Shown here: positions 40,661-55,433 of the stretch, one piece after another | How the letters are laid out: each line of letters starts with the position of its first letter | Position numbering within the stretch: position 1 is the first letter of the stretch | DNA from: Eledone cirrhosa | Taxonomy: Eukaryota | Assembly: GCA_964016885.1 (NCBI GenBank) | Contig: OZ024750.1 | Span: 15,314,001-15,378,000 of the forward strand | Direction: 5' to 3' | DNA length: 64,000 nucleotides | Notes under the pieces: generated by a model | The model's input: the letters and a program-made list of their open reading frames with translations, nothing else | Database searches by the model: none | What the model was told of the DNA's origin: nothing | Position numbers and translations under genes: made by a program

Positions 40661-41637
40661 ATTTTTCACACAGTCAGTAGCTCTACTTGAGTACTGACTT
40701 GGTCTGGCCAGTACAGACCTGTTCAACCCTTACTAGCAGGGAAGATGAATCTTAAATGGGGTAATTGCTGACCTTGCGCCAAAATTAGAAACAATTATTA
40801 GTTTATGTATTTCTTTCAATACTCTTCACCTTTTCAATCCTCCAAAGTAGAAAGGAAATATTAAAGTTCACCTTATTAACCACACATGGTGGATCAACAT
40901 AAAGATGTAAAAGAAAGAGTTCAGGTATTTCTATTATGCCAATTCCACGAAGAATCATATAAAATTATTCTCGATATTTGTATCAAGGAAATTGGAAGGT
41001 TTGAACTAAAATAACTTCACTACCGAAGGATTTAGAGCTAAAGTGAAAATTGAAACGTTCTCTCCGATATTTATGATCCATCCAGAACAAAAGCTCTAAT
41101 TTGCGTTGCGGAATAATAACAGGAGGTTTCTTTGCTTTGCAAATATTGTATTTAGTTGAATGCAGTCTTAATGCAGTTGCTAATAAAACCAAATAGCAGA
41201 CAACAAATTACTGAACATCAGTGATCTGAGATTTATGTATCATAGAAGCTCCTTTCGTTCATCTACTTATTTCAAATTAGGAGAACAATATATTTAATTT
41301 TGTTCGGACCTGGTGTATATGTCTATGTTTCACGGACACAGTTTTTATAACATTTATTTTTGCTTGTAACATTTTCTTATTTCTTCTTCTACTCGCAGAA
41401 TGTAATGCAGCAACTCTGTAACTAAATATTTAGTAGTGATGTTTGTTTATTATTTATTCTTTTTCTTTCACTCTAGACTATATTCTTCAATTGCATATAT
41501 TCAATTGTCCACTGTTGTTAAGGAAATAGTATTATACTGGATTATGTACAGTTGATATCTTTAAAGTAAATAATTAATTTACGTTTTTCTTAAAAATTAA
41601 ATAAATAAAATGTCTTGTAAATTTATATCAAATACAT

Positions 41638-41826
41638 ATTGTTTCTACTTTTGGCACAAAGCCAGCAATTATCCCAGTGTATTACTGGTACCTTATTGTA
41701 TCGACCCCGTAAGGATGAAAGGCAAAGTTAACCTCGGCGGGATTTGAACTCAGACCATAAAGGGCCGTAACTCTTTACTGCAAAGCATGGCGTCCGACCT
41801 TCTACCGATACTGCCAATCCACCGCT
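41638..41826 (-). mobile_element. SINE family 1
   Basis: Full-length copy; AATACATA on both flanks. Confidence 0.85.
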
Positions 41827-42611
41827 CTAATACATATAATACTAATCGTCTATAATTTAAATTTTCATTTGTTAGTATCTTATGTTTAGCACAGTAAATC
41901 GTTGTGTTAGTGGTTAATGCAGAGATATGGAGTAAACGCTAGGAATGTCTCTGTAAATCAAGCTTGAATACCTTTGGAAACCATGTGAACAGACATAAAC
42001 CAATTTTCTACGTGAGTGAACATAGTAAATCCTGAATAGTATGTGTTTTTTTATTATGAAGGAAGAATTGGTTAAAATTAAACTCCAGTATTTCGTCCGG
42101 CTATCTACTACATCCGCCATTGTCTGCATTTGTATTGGTTATAACGATTAATTTGAATGTTATTGATTTGATGTTTCATTGATTATCAAGGCATAGCAAT
42201 TTATAATTTTGGTTTGATAATAGTAAAGTTCTTCAAGAATGTTGTCGAAAAGATAAGATTGTTCGAAGAATAAATATATCTGTGTATACAAATTAACTCG
42301 AAATATCTGTATATATTATATGTAAACATGTCTCAAGTTAAATATACCATAAGTTATATATATACCCTTTATTCCATTTTATTTTGAGATTGTCAGATTG
42401 ACGTCTACATTCAAAGTATGCAAATCTCATTAAACACAACAGAATATCCTGAATGGAAGAATCCGAGACAGCATCGATAAGCAGTAAAAGGCAATTTAAT
42501 TTATTTCATTGTTGTTTAACTCAGTTCATCTTTGATTGAGAAGTCCTATGATCAAAAACGTTCAAGCTGTAAAGACACCGTTTGTTTTTATGTATCTAGG
42601 TCTAGCTTCCG

Positions 42612-42995
42612 GAGAATTGGCAGTATCGTTAGAGAGTCAGACGCCATGCTTTGCAGCATAGAGTTACGGCTCTTTATGATCTGAGTTCAAATCCCGCCGA
42701 GGTTAACTTTGCCTTACGGGGTCGATAAAATAAAGTAGCAGTAATGTACTGGGATAATTGCTAGCCTTGTGCCAAAAGTAGAAACAATTATTTAAAACGA
42801 TAAGGGTGGTGGATTGGCAGTATCTGTAGAGGGTCGAACGCCATGCTTTGACGCGTAGAGTTACGGCCCTTTCCAATCTGAGTTCAAATCTCGCCGAGGT
42901 TAGCTTTGCTTTTCATCTTTACGGGGTCGATAAAATAAAGTACCAGTAATGCAGTGAGGTAATTGCTGGCCTTGTGCCAAAAGTAGAAGCAATTA
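42612..42995 (+). mobile_element. SINE family 1 head-to-tail dimer (42612-42790, 42803-42995)
   Basis: The second copy is flanked by a duplicated AATTATTTAAAACGATAA, i.e. it inserted at the tail of the first. Confidence 0.85.
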
Positions 42996-43861
42996 TTTAA
43001 AACGATAATTATGATTCCACTGAGATTTCTACGGGGGATCAACTACTTCACTCCTAGTATGACTTTGCTATAGATATTTTGTTTTACTATTTAACTTCAT
43101 AATCCTCCACTGATGTACATCCCGAAAGTTACACATCGATCCACGCCTTCATATACATCTTCTTCTTCTTCTTCTTCTTCTTCTTCTTCTTCTTCTTCTT
43201 CTTCTTCTTCTTCTTCTTCTTCTTCTTCTTCTTCTTCTTCTTCTTTTTCTTCTTCCATCGAAGGTGAAGCATGCACGAAGTTCTTGTTCCAGACTTCCCG
43301 ACCTCTTCATCGCAGATCCATGTGTAACTTTCGAAATGTATATCAGTGGAGGATTATGCAGTGAAACAGTAAAGTGAGGCCAGTGTCCTTCCAAAGAGTT
43401 TCCCTCTACCAAATTCCATCTAAAATAGACTTACGCATGGTAACATGCGTTGGGATCAAGCCCCAAAACCACGCAGTAATTACCCCCCCCCCCCCCCGCC
43501 CCACGCACACACACACACACACACTTACTTGTTTTCGACTATATAGATGATGGCCATAAAATTATTTATAGATGAAAGGAAGAAATTCTAGAAATTACTG
43601 TGTTCTGCAGAAGAAGGAAATTCGCAAAATTGAACTAGTTCTGGAAATGAGAGGTGAGAGAAATGAAGACTAACAAGAAAAGAAGAGATAAATGTATGGA
43701 GTATGTCTGGATAGATGGGTATACCGATAGGTATTACAGAGAAGCTGAGGTTGTTGTAGTAGCGATAAAATCGATGACTGGAGGAAAAAAGTATATCTGT
43801 AAGTCGGTGATTGTAGGAAACGATTAAGTCAAATGGTATTCTGTTGCATTTGGTGCAGTGT

Positions 43862-44126
<265 letters not shown>

Positions 44127-44646
44127 ATCTCAGTCTCCGATATGATGACTTATGCAAATAGATTTTTTTTTTTAATCTTATTAATAAAATGAAATGCGGA
44201 CTAACATGCTTATTGTAAACAAAAGGAATGTTAATCAATTAAAATTGCCTATTTCAGTATTATTAGATCTCCTTAAAGAAGTATACTCTGGCACAATATG
44301 GCGACTGTTGATACCGTACCTAATAAAGGTCTTACACACTCTCCATGGCCCATGGCATAACTCTTAATAGTTAATCAATTGAAATTCTTGAGTTTTGCTC
44401 GCCCATTTTCACAAAAATTTATATTAATACTAATCATTTTTTCTCATTACAAATGCAATTTCAATTGATTTAACATTCTGTTAACCTTACTACACTCACT
44501 ATAACTTAATTTTCTTCATGCAGAAGGCACTACTATGAAATGTTTCGATTCGTTATTGATATAATTAGCTATTTGAAATATGAGTTTCATAAACGGAAAA
44601 TAGTTTATACACATTTTAATAACTTTTCAACCTCTTTCCCTTAAGG

Positions 44647-44806
44647 CATTGGTTCACAAAGTGGGTTCCACACGGAGTACCTGGGTTTCTGTGAAAAAAG
44701 TAAAGAAGTATATTTATGACCATATGACAGTATTAGACTTTAGGGTTCTTCCAAAAGTTTCTGAACCAAAAGGGGTTCCGCGTTTGACAAAGTTTGGGAA
44801 ACCCTG
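44647..44806. mobile_element. Non-autonomous hAT (Charlie-like) MITE
   Basis: Ends CATTGGTTCACAAAGT and AGTTTGGGAAACCCTG, with an 8-bp TSD CCTTAAGG/CCTTATGG. Confidence 0.7.
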
Positions 44807-45836
44807 CCTTATGGAGTTACATATTATACAAAAATGGCAGCCATGTTAATTGAGTTAAACTGCTTTCCATTCACAATTGATCCGAGGTTTGAGGTCTTAA
44901 CCGTACTTAACATACGTGGCTCTAGTTACGTGGTTTTATTTCTATAGAAAAGAAATATAAACAAAATATAACTAAATAGTTAAACAATTTGAATTCGTTC
45001 TTTAATTTTTGTTACTTATTTTCAAAATTCGAAATTCTTTTATTTCCAGAAGAAATCGTTTGAATTTTGAGCAGAATTTTTGTCTCATATACATTCTCCC
45101 GTTACAAAAAATATCATTAAACATTTATAAATAAAACTTTGGTTTGTAAATTTGGTTTACACATGTATAAACAAACTTTTGGTTTATAGTTTCCTTTATT
45201 TCGCATTGCATACATTGATATGCGACGCTAGACATATTTCTAAAGATGTTTTGTATAATACCATTGCTAGAATTTGAGAGAAAGCTATTTAAACGGCGAG
45301 TAAGAAATACCCCAATAAGTCAAGATGTAAAGTGATATAAAAAAAACAGTTTTAACAAATTAGTACAACACATATTTATAAATGGAAAGCTTTATGAAAA
45401 TGAATAACATAAGGTTTCAATGGTTCACATACTATTATCTCGTTTCAATGGTTCACATACTGTTATCTCGTTTCAATGGTTCTGTTATTCCGCTTGACGC
45501 AACTTCGGCGTGACTTCGAAACACAATTGTATGTGAACTTCACTGAAAGTTCGAAAGCAAGAGTGCATTCATACACATAATCAAATATGTCTGTTTGTAT
45601 TCTGTTACATATATGTGTATGTATGTGTGCGCGCGCATGTATACGGATATATATATATAATAAGGAGCGATCGACTTTCGTCAAATCGGACCGTGGAAAC
45701 AATGTTTCCGTTGGTCTTTCCAATTGCTAATACTATCTATCGGTCGCAATGGTGAGGTTGTGAGTTCGATTCCTGGACCGGGCAATGCGTTATGTCCTTG
45801 AGCAAGACACTTTATTTCACCTTGCTCCTTCTACCT

Positions 45837-45884
<48 letters not shown>

Positions 45885-45917
45885 TTATACGTGTGCATGT
45901 GTGTGTATGTATGTATA

Positions 45918-46110
45918 TAATTGTTTCTACTTTTCGCACAAGGCCAGCAATTATCCCAGTACATTACTGGTACTTTATTTTATCGACCCCGTAAGGCCGA
46001 AAGGCAAAGTTAACCATGGCGGAATTTAAGCTCAGATCGTAAAGGGTCGTAACTCTACGCTGCAAGATATGGCATCCGACCCTCTACCGATACTTCCAAT
46101 CCACCGCCCT
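45918..46110 (-). mobile_element. SINE family 1
   Basis: Full-length reverse-complement copy. Confidence 0.8.
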
Positions 46111-46114
46111 TATG

Positions 46115-46150
<36 letters not shown>

Positions 46151-46258
46151 CAGTTCCTCAGTGAAATAACAACCCAACAAGGAACTGGGCATATCAGAGT
46201 ATTGACAATATTATACACCTAAACAACATATGTACTTGTCTATACCATACTAATTCAA

Positions 46259-46313
46259 ACTGCCTGAAGAGGTCACAGCCAAAGATGGCGGTCACTGAAA
46301 TATATATAGCAGT
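46259..46313 (+). ncRNA. Minimal type I hammerhead motif, second copy of the 15391 family
   Basis: Near-identical ~125-bp element (46241-46365 vs 15372-15497) with the same core, ending in (TA)n. Confidence 0.75.
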
Positions 46314-46392
46314 AATAAACGAAGCTAAATTTTAATCATTTGACTTTTATTTAACTTTATTTTATATAAATATATATATATATGCATATATA

Positions 46393-46507
<115 letters not shown>

Positions 46508-46641
46508 TATATATATACATATATAGATGCATATATATATAGAGAGAGAGATTTAGATATAGATATAGATATATTTTTATAAGGATATATATGTGTATAT
46601 ATATATGTGTGTATATATATATGTGTATATATATATATATG

Positions 46642-46972
<331 letters not shown>

Positions 46973-47373
46973 CAGATATATATTTGTATGTATATATGTG
47001 TGTATGTAACAATGAGGTACATTCATACATACATACATACAGTCACAAAAAATGCGAGGCATTCGTGAGAGTAGACGTAAAAATGTATGTATTGCATGTA
47101 AATGTTGTTGATAGTACGGTATTTGTTAAAAACAAAACAAGTGTAAGAGTAAAGTAATAGAAACGTTTGAGTATTTCTGCATCGATTGCAGCAAATAGGA
47201 TAATAAGTTATTATAGTTTAACGTACGTATTCTGTTGATTGTTATCGCTGTTAAAGCTTTATTGATGTATAATCTGCCAATTAGAGAGGAGATATTAATT
47301 GAGCATGAATATTTCATTACAAGGATGAAACTGAAAGAAAAAATATATATACTATCAAAGGTCACATTTTCTA

Positions 47374-47443
<70 letters not shown>

Positions 47444-47499
47444 AATGTGTATATATATATATATATATATAAATTGTATATATATACATATACATACAT

Positions 47500-47568
<69 letters not shown>

Positions 47569-47761
47569 CATACATATATATAAATACATATATATCCATA
47601 TATATATATATATATACATACATACATATATATACCATACATATATATCCATATATATATATATATACATACATACATATATATAGAGAGAGATTCATAT
47701 ATGCATACATCCATATATATATATACTTATATACATCCATACATATATATGTGTGTGTTTG

Positions 47762-47858
<97 letters not shown>

Positions 47859-47881
47859 AATATATATATGTGTGTCTGTGA

Positions 47882-47924
<43 letters not shown>

Positions 47925-48131
47925 TACAAATATATATATGTGTTGTTGTTGTTATTGTTGTTTATGTTTATGTTGTGGAAGCTTTATTGATATCCCATTA
48001 TTGATATCCCATTATAAGTGGTCGATAAAGAATATATCAGCAAGTTGTTATTGCAGTTACACATAGACCAGTTAAAATAATGGATTTTTATCCCAAACTA
48101 TTGATACACCAAACTATATGTGTGTATGTAT

Positions 48132-48305
48132 GGAAGCATTTGGCTTAGTGGTTAGAAGTTGTGAATCCGATCCTCGGACTCGACCTTGTGTTGTATCCTT
48201 GAGCAGGACACTTTATTTCACGTTGCTCCAGTTCAGCTGTAGAAATGAGTTGCGACATCACTAGTTTTAAGCTGTATTCGCCATTGTATTTCCCTTGGAT
48301 AATAT
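48132..48305 (+). mobile_element. SINE family 2, partial
   Basis: TGGCTTAGTGGTTAGA...CCTTGAGCAGGACACTTTATTTCACGTTGCTCCAGTTCA...GAAATGAGTTGCGAC. Confidence 0.7.
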
Positions 48306-48395
48306 CGATACCTTCTCCACTTCCACCAAGCGTGAATCTAATATAACTGTGTAAAATTGCCTCCTGTGTTTTGTTTGTTCATTTTCAACTATATA

Positions 48396-48538
48396 TATTC
48401 TGAAGACGGCGTATATATGTGTTGGTATGTATATTTAATCTTGATAGTTTGTATAATTTTGTATAATTTTGTACATAGATCTGTTGAATATGCATGCCAA
48501 TTCTAACACATATATATCCTAGAAACGATCGTTAAATA
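48396..48538 (+). ncRNA. Hammerhead motif with a greatly extended stem II
   Basis: TATT-CTGAAGA at 48400; arm ggcgtatatatgtgttgg pairs with ctaacacatatatatcc about 80 nt later; then GAAA-cgatcg-TT-aAATA with palindromic ACGATCGT. Stem I register is imperfect. Confidence 0.5.
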
Positions 48539-48597
48539 ATGAACTTTTTTTGTTTAATATAAGGAACTGTTTCATTGTTTTATTCATTATTTGTTTA

Positions 48598-48788
<191 letters not shown>

Positions 48789-48880
48789 TTATACATATAT
48801 ATACATATATACACATATATATATATATTTATACATATATTTACATATACATATACATATATATACATATATACATATAC

Positions 48881-48919
<39 letters not shown>

Positions 48920-49442
48920 TATATACATATATATACATATACATATAGACGGTTACATATATATATATATATATACATATATATATAGATACATATATAT
49001 ATAGATACATATATATACATATATATACATATATATACATATATATATACATATACCTAGTAATATATGCTTAGCAAGTAAAATATTTATAACCAATGGG
49101 AATTGCTTATTTGACAAAATAGCAGAATATATTTCTTGAATGAATTAAAGAAAAAATCTTCGTATATTCCTCTGTGATTGATCTCTTGAGATTGAAAGTC
49201 GATTAGATTAATATTGCAATTGTGTATCGGAGACAAATATTATATGAACTAAATACTAAGTACGCAGCTTCTATATATACAATCTAAAAACAGCAAAAAG
49301 TACTTGATATTCTTCCTCAGAATATATCAAATAAAAATACATGAAAATCTAATCCGATTGTATTCTTTAAGTTTATATGAAATGTAATGGGACGTCTAGT
49401 ATGAAATTTGTAGAATTTTGTAGAAAAAAAAAAATTTCTACA

Positions 49443-49550
<108 letters not shown>

Positions 49551-49882
49551 ATAATAATAAATGTGAAAACTAAAATCCAAAGAGGGCTCGATAAGGATAA
49601 ATATATATCAAATATATAAGAACCCCAGAGCAAATATTTATTAAAATAACAGATTAAAGTTTAAGCAAAGAATCGCTGCTTTCACACTTAACGGGATCTT
49701 CTGAAAAAAAAAAAAAAAATGTATATATATACATACAGACAGACATGCGTACATGCATACATGTATGTAAATGTATGTATGGGTGGATGGGCGGATACAT
49801 GTATGCATGCATATAGAAATTTGTAGAAAAAAAAAAGAAATTTCTACAAATTTCATACTTAATGACCTAATATAAACATGTA

Positions 49883-50080
49883 AGCACAAGGCCAGGAATT
49901 TGTATGGTGAGGAAAGTTGATTATATCGTTCCAGTATTTGACTGGTACTTTAATTTATCGATCTCTGAAGGATGAGAGGCAAAGTTTACCTCGCTGGTTT
50001 GGAACTCAGAATGTCTAGAACTGGAACAAATTTCGCACAGCATTTTACTCATTGCTCTAGCTATTCTAACAATCAACCGA
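49883..50080 (-). mobile_element. SINE family 1, older subfamily (similar relics at ~11578-11720 and ~34168-34345)
   Basis: gactggtactttaatttatcgatctctgaaggatgagaggcaaagtttacctcg core. Confidence 0.6.
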
Positions 50081-50316
50081 AAGTAAAACTCTTCAATGTA
50101 AATTCATTAAGAATTTAGAATAATTTGAACTATGTATATGAACGTGACGGTAAAATATGATAACACAGCATTGGCTATTCTAATACATTTGTAAAAGTTA
50201 TTATATATGTCTTTCTATATGTCAACATGAATGGGCCTATTATTTTTATCTAAAGACATTTTTTTTCCAATTCCAACCCGCCCGTCCCTTCAATCTATCT
50301 TATTTCTCATTCTTTC

Positions 50317-50348
50317 TTCTGATGAAGGACTAGCGTCCGAAACGTTAA
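50317..50348 (+). ncRNA. Minimal hammerhead core
   Basis: CTGATGA-a-GGAC-tagc-GTCC-GAAA-CG-TT: textbook core, stem II and palindromic AACGTT. Stem I is only about 2 bp. Confidence 0.6.
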
Positions 50349-50432
50349 CACCTTCTTCCTGCTATTTCAAGCGTTAACCCAATATATTCCTTCCATATAC
50401 TGTACCGATTGTGTTGTTATTTCTGTTTACAT

Positions 50433-50464
<32 letters not shown>

Positions 50465-50466
50465 CA

Positions 50467-50621
<155 letters not shown>

Positions 50622-51615
50622 GTAAATGTATGCAATTGTATGTATGATTGTGTCTACGCCTTACGTTGCCAACTGAATTGGTGTAATAGTTGTTAGATCA
50701 TTGTACCTTTGAATAAATACTTTATTTAACTTATTCAGTTTAATCTAATTTAAAAACTAGATATCATTCACGTGAATAAACATTTCTAGCTAACGGATTA
50801 AGTTTCTGCTTCCTTCGCATTCTCATTTGAGGATTCAATAGGATTATATTAGTCTAGTGAACATTTCTTGATAATGTTCTTTTATGTTATTAAAACACTC
50901 CCATCGAAACTGTCTGTTACTTTTCTGTTATTTTTATTAAATCTGTGGTGTTAACTTACAATTTAGTGATACCCTCGATGTGTTATAAACATATATCTAT
51001 ATTGTGATAATATATTTGGCCACAGTCGTGAAATATAAGCACACAGTCAGGAGGCATAATACCACAGCTTACCAACTGTGTAATACATACATTATCCACA
51101 CATCACGCTTTCCTAGATAAATGAATAAGAGCAACATATGAGCGATATATGAGGGAGTTTACGGAAATGTTGTGAGAAGGAAATAGCAAACCTGATATCA
51201 TACTCAGTTGGCTATAAGACAAGCCTCCTATCGTTTATTGCTTTGCGCGGCCAACTGTTTTTTGTTTTTTTTTGTAGAAGTAACACTGTTTCTGATATAA
51301 GCACGCAAATACACACCCTCTGTTTAACAGAAGTACATTACACCATCTTATATGATGCCTAATCCAGCCGGAAGTTGATCAATTTGCTGATATCTACAGA
51401 TGCTATTGATGGATTCAAGCCTAGGATTCAGGTTTTAAAAACCTTCTTCACTACTATACAGCTGTTATAGATATTAACACAATTAATACATCAGATTAAA
51501 TGACACGATTTCTCTACCTTGAAAATACACATATGCAAGACATCTCAATGTATCTAATTTTAATAACATACCAACTAAAATGTGTGAACTGTTGCATTGA
51601 TCTGGCATTTTATAA

Positions 51616-51950
51616 GGCGCATGACTTAGTGGTTAGAGCGTGGGGCTTACAATCGTGAGGTTGAGTTCGATTCTCAGACTGGGCTTTGCGTTTGTTCTTG
51701 AGCAAAACATTCTATTTAACGTTGCTCCAGTTCACTCGGCTGTAGAAATGAGTTGCGACGTCACTAGTACCAAGCTGTATCGACCATTGCCTTTCCCTTG
51801 GACAACATCGGTGGCGTGGAGAGAGGAGACTGGTATGCATGGGCGACTGCTGGTCTTCCACTAACAACCTTGCCCAGATTTGTGCCTCGGAGAGAAAATT
51901 ACTAGGTACAAATCCCATGGTCATTCGTGACCGAAGGGGGTCTTTTTACT
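51616..51950 (+). mobile_element. tRNA-derived CORE-like SINE family 2, full length
   Basis: tRNA head GGCGCATGACTTAGTGGTTAGAGCG...GAGTTCGATTCTC, a CORE-like segment TTCTTGAGCAAAACA..., and a distinct 3' tail. Confidence 0.75.
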
Positions 51951-53379
51951 GATTGCCTACTCGTATGAGTTAATGTGTGGAGAGAATACAAGTTTTCAGA
52001 ACCTGTAACATTGTATGTTTATGTTGACGTATCCTTTTCTGTAACTAAACAAATTGTTGATAATTTTTGTATCTATTGCTTCCTTCTCTCTAACTTTCTC
52101 TCTCTCTTCATCTCCTCTTCTTCAACCCTACCTCTTTCACACTTTGAAACTATTTGATTCTTTCTTAACTTTTGGTTCATCAATCTACCCATGTTATTCT
52201 TAGGAATAACATGGGTAGATTGATGAAAATGTCAAAGGTTTCCACAGAGACATCCTTAACTCAGACTGACGCTACCGAAGTCTGAAAGAAATCAAATAAC
52301 TTTGATTTTCTTGTAAGCTAGAACTGGAAACAAAGATATAAATGGAAAGAATGTTCTATTATAGTCTAGTCTTGATTTACAATATAGTTCAATGTACTGT
52401 TGAAACAAATGAATATTGATGAGATATGTTTTATTTTATTTATATTTTATTTTAACTACGAAGATTTCCCATCCCAACGTGTGATTTTCATTTATGAATT
52501 TTTAACTTGTGCCTATTTTATGGTAACTTATATTTGTCGACGAGAATCCTAACAAATGATATGAGAAAAGTAAACAAAATATTCTCTAAATTCGACTCTC
52601 CAAGATTGCTTATAAACTTAAAATTGATAAAGAATAAGAGTTGCAGACAGCGATTGTGTTTCACAAAATGGTAGATAGATTTATTATAGACGGTTGTGTT
52701 AGTTTTGCTTTGATTTGCTGATAAACAACCGGTCAATATGACCGCAATAAACAAATATGTTATGTATGTTATTGCTGCTCGAATAATTAGACATTATCAT
52801 GATTAGTTATATAAGCTTGCATTGCATAAACCGAAAACTCAGTTTCACAAATCAATCTGGACACAGATTTTAATCTTCTCAGTGTGAATATTTAAAATAC
52901 GGAGATTTAATTTCATACTGCTAACCTAATTTAATACTATACTACACATAGAACATTCTAATGACGCCATTGGCGTTCCTGACATAACTAATATGAACAA
53001 ATTTTGTATTGATTAATTACACAATGTAATCTACTAAGCAAAGGCTTATCATATTGTTTCTTACAATATTTCTTTTATTTATATGCAGTTTATATCTTAA
53101 CAAACAAAAAGTGAACGAAAGAGCGCTTACGCAATCAATCGAAAGGAGGAATAACATATACACTACATTTGAAAATATGTGAAGAGATGGTCATGTCTGG
53201 AACATCTTTAATCCTGGCTCTCGTATCAATCAGATTTAAACAGCAGCAACAACTAAAGAAATCCTTATGTTTTATTCCACGTTATATATGAAAAGAGAAC
53301 AATTGAGTTACTATCAAACACAAATACAAAGCTGTAAGTGAGAAACTTTGTCATCAGAAGAGAGTATTTTAAAAGATAT

Positions 53380-54165
53380 CTAACTAGAAATTGAACCCCA
53401 CTCTGCAAATCGATGGGGGTGGAAGAACTTCTTATCGGAAAGATACTGGTTAACTGCGAACATCAGGAGAAGGAAAATGATTTTAACTAAGAAAATGATT
53501 TTAACTAGAGGAAATTCAAAATAAAAAATGTCCCTGTATTACACCAAAATTGCTATGTCCAAGATGTAATGTAAAAACTTCAGAATAAGAAAGCACCATT
53601 AATATAGAACCTTCAACTTCAATTGGTAACATCTTATTGATCTATACCAATAACTTCTCAGTGGAAATTTAAATATACTAAGATAGCTAGCACTGGCGAA
53701 AATAAAAACTCCTGATACCAAAACAAAAAGCTATTCAGATGCTGTAGAAGTAGAAATACATGCCAGCTTGAAGAAATTCCTCTAGGGTGACTATGCTAGT
53801 AACAATATAATCCCAGCTGATTATGCAGCTGAGAAAAAAGGTGTTTGAAGATGTGCTGAAGAAATTCTAATCATTAAAAGTGTGATGTTACATCTGTGAC
53901 ATCATAAGAGAAATTTCATTAATGTCTAATTGAATTACATGATAGCATTTCATTAGCTTCCAGATCATGGATACCAGAAAGACTGACAAAAATTTCAGAG
54001 TCTATAAACAATTTTATATACAACCTGACTTCGTCCTAGACCACTATCCAGGCATTACATACATACATGATCTGACTGTATTTTCTTTCATTGCATAAAG
54101 TATCGCAAAGATATATTTGAAGGAGACAGTTACTCTGAGATATTGTTTATTCTGGTCTTAATAAT
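53380..54165 (+). mobile_element. Highly degenerate R4/Dong-like RT fragment
   Basis: Remnants resembling NNIIP..A..KKG..C.E.ILI.K.V, DY..AF..L...WI and IF(Q)GDS.S..LFIL.L, with many stops. Confidence 0.5.
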
Positions 54166-54219
54166 TACATTCAAACTCAGACTTGAGTTGCTCTATACTT
54201 TGCATATATTACCTACCTA

Positions 54220-54254
<35 letters not shown>

Positions 54255-54455
54255 TTAGTTATACTATTTATGGTTATGTAAACACAAAACCTTAAGCAGT
54301 TGTAAGTATTTTACACACACCCTAAATAGTGGTAGGCAGTAATGTATTACTACCTTATTACCAGTAAGTTAAGTAGCTCAATGTAAAAACATCAGATGAT
54401 TTACAGAGCAGTTATATGAAATATAAGAATCAAAGAACTGTTCAAAACATTATTG

Positions 54456-54502
54456 TGCTTACAGCTGTTTCCTCCAAACCGAGGTTTGGATTCTTCGGAG
54501 CA
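54456..54502 (-). ncRNA. Minimal type I hammerhead motif (CCGAAGA variant)
   Basis: Minus strand: TGCT-CCGAAGA-a-TCCAAAC-ctcg-GTTTGGA-g-GAAA-cagctg-TA-AGCA. Palindromic ACAGCTGT and a GUA site. Confidence 0.62.
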
Positions 54503-54859
54503 ATTTATTAATGCATGGACAGTTATATGACCTCCTTTTCAGCCGAGAGACATACCAATACATATTCAAACATTGATACATATTCAAACATTGTGGGTCA
54601 ACATTCATTACAGAATTTAGAGTGGCAGTACACACTTCGAGATTACATTTATATTAATAGGTACAATCAAAAATCAAAGATATAGGTTAAAGTACAACAT
54701 GAAGATAAGTGGTTATATAGTGCAAATGTTATATGTGTGGCACGCATGTGCGTCTTGTTTATATAGTGTGGCAGAGAGATATGTGTGGTAGAGGCACTTA
54801 GGTAGGTAAATAAGAGTGTTAGGTTGGTAGATCTGGTGGCATATATATATATATATTAT

Positions 54860-55018
54860 AGTTGGGGAGGGTCATATTGTTGTAATAATATTGCCAGAAA
54901 TAATAACAGAACACACTCACTATTTGGTTGCTTTCGCTTCTGTATCTTCTTTATCTCCAAAGTTAATTTATTTGGCAATTAATGTTTATCATTGATTGAC
55001 CAAGGGTTAAAAATACAG

Positions 55019-55093
<75 letters not shown>

Positions 55094-55346
55094 ATCAAAG
55101 TTCTTTCGTTGCACATCTGCAACGTCATCAAATAAATAAATAAAATAAAAATGGCGTAAACATTACAATACAATAGGAGGGAACAGGATAATAGTACCAC
55201 TGATGATGTTGCAGATGTGCAACGAAAGAACCAAACAGTGAGTGTGTTCTGTTATTATTTCTGTCAATATTATTACAACAATATGACCCTCCCCAAGTAT
55301 AACAATATTTGTTTCGACACACGATTTCATATAAAAAACCTTGCAA

Positions 55347-55350
<4 letters not shown>
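54860..55350. mobile_element. (TA)n-associated inverted-repeat family B (other copies ~13545-14110 and ~56515-57015)
   Basis: TTGGGGAGGGTCATATTG...ACACACTCACT recurs inverted at about 55230-55297; GTTTCGACACACGATTTCA is shared among the three loci. Confidence 0.65.

Positions 55351-55433
<83 letters not shown>

Noticed and set aside
47126-47929. Long [12 protein letters not shown] ORFs here and throughout the track
   Set aside because: They are translations of dinucleotide and tetranucleotide microsatellites that lack stop codons.
51616-51690. tRNA gene
   Set aside because: The tRNA-like head runs into the SINE body and has no intact cloverleaf; the same applies to the family 1 heads.
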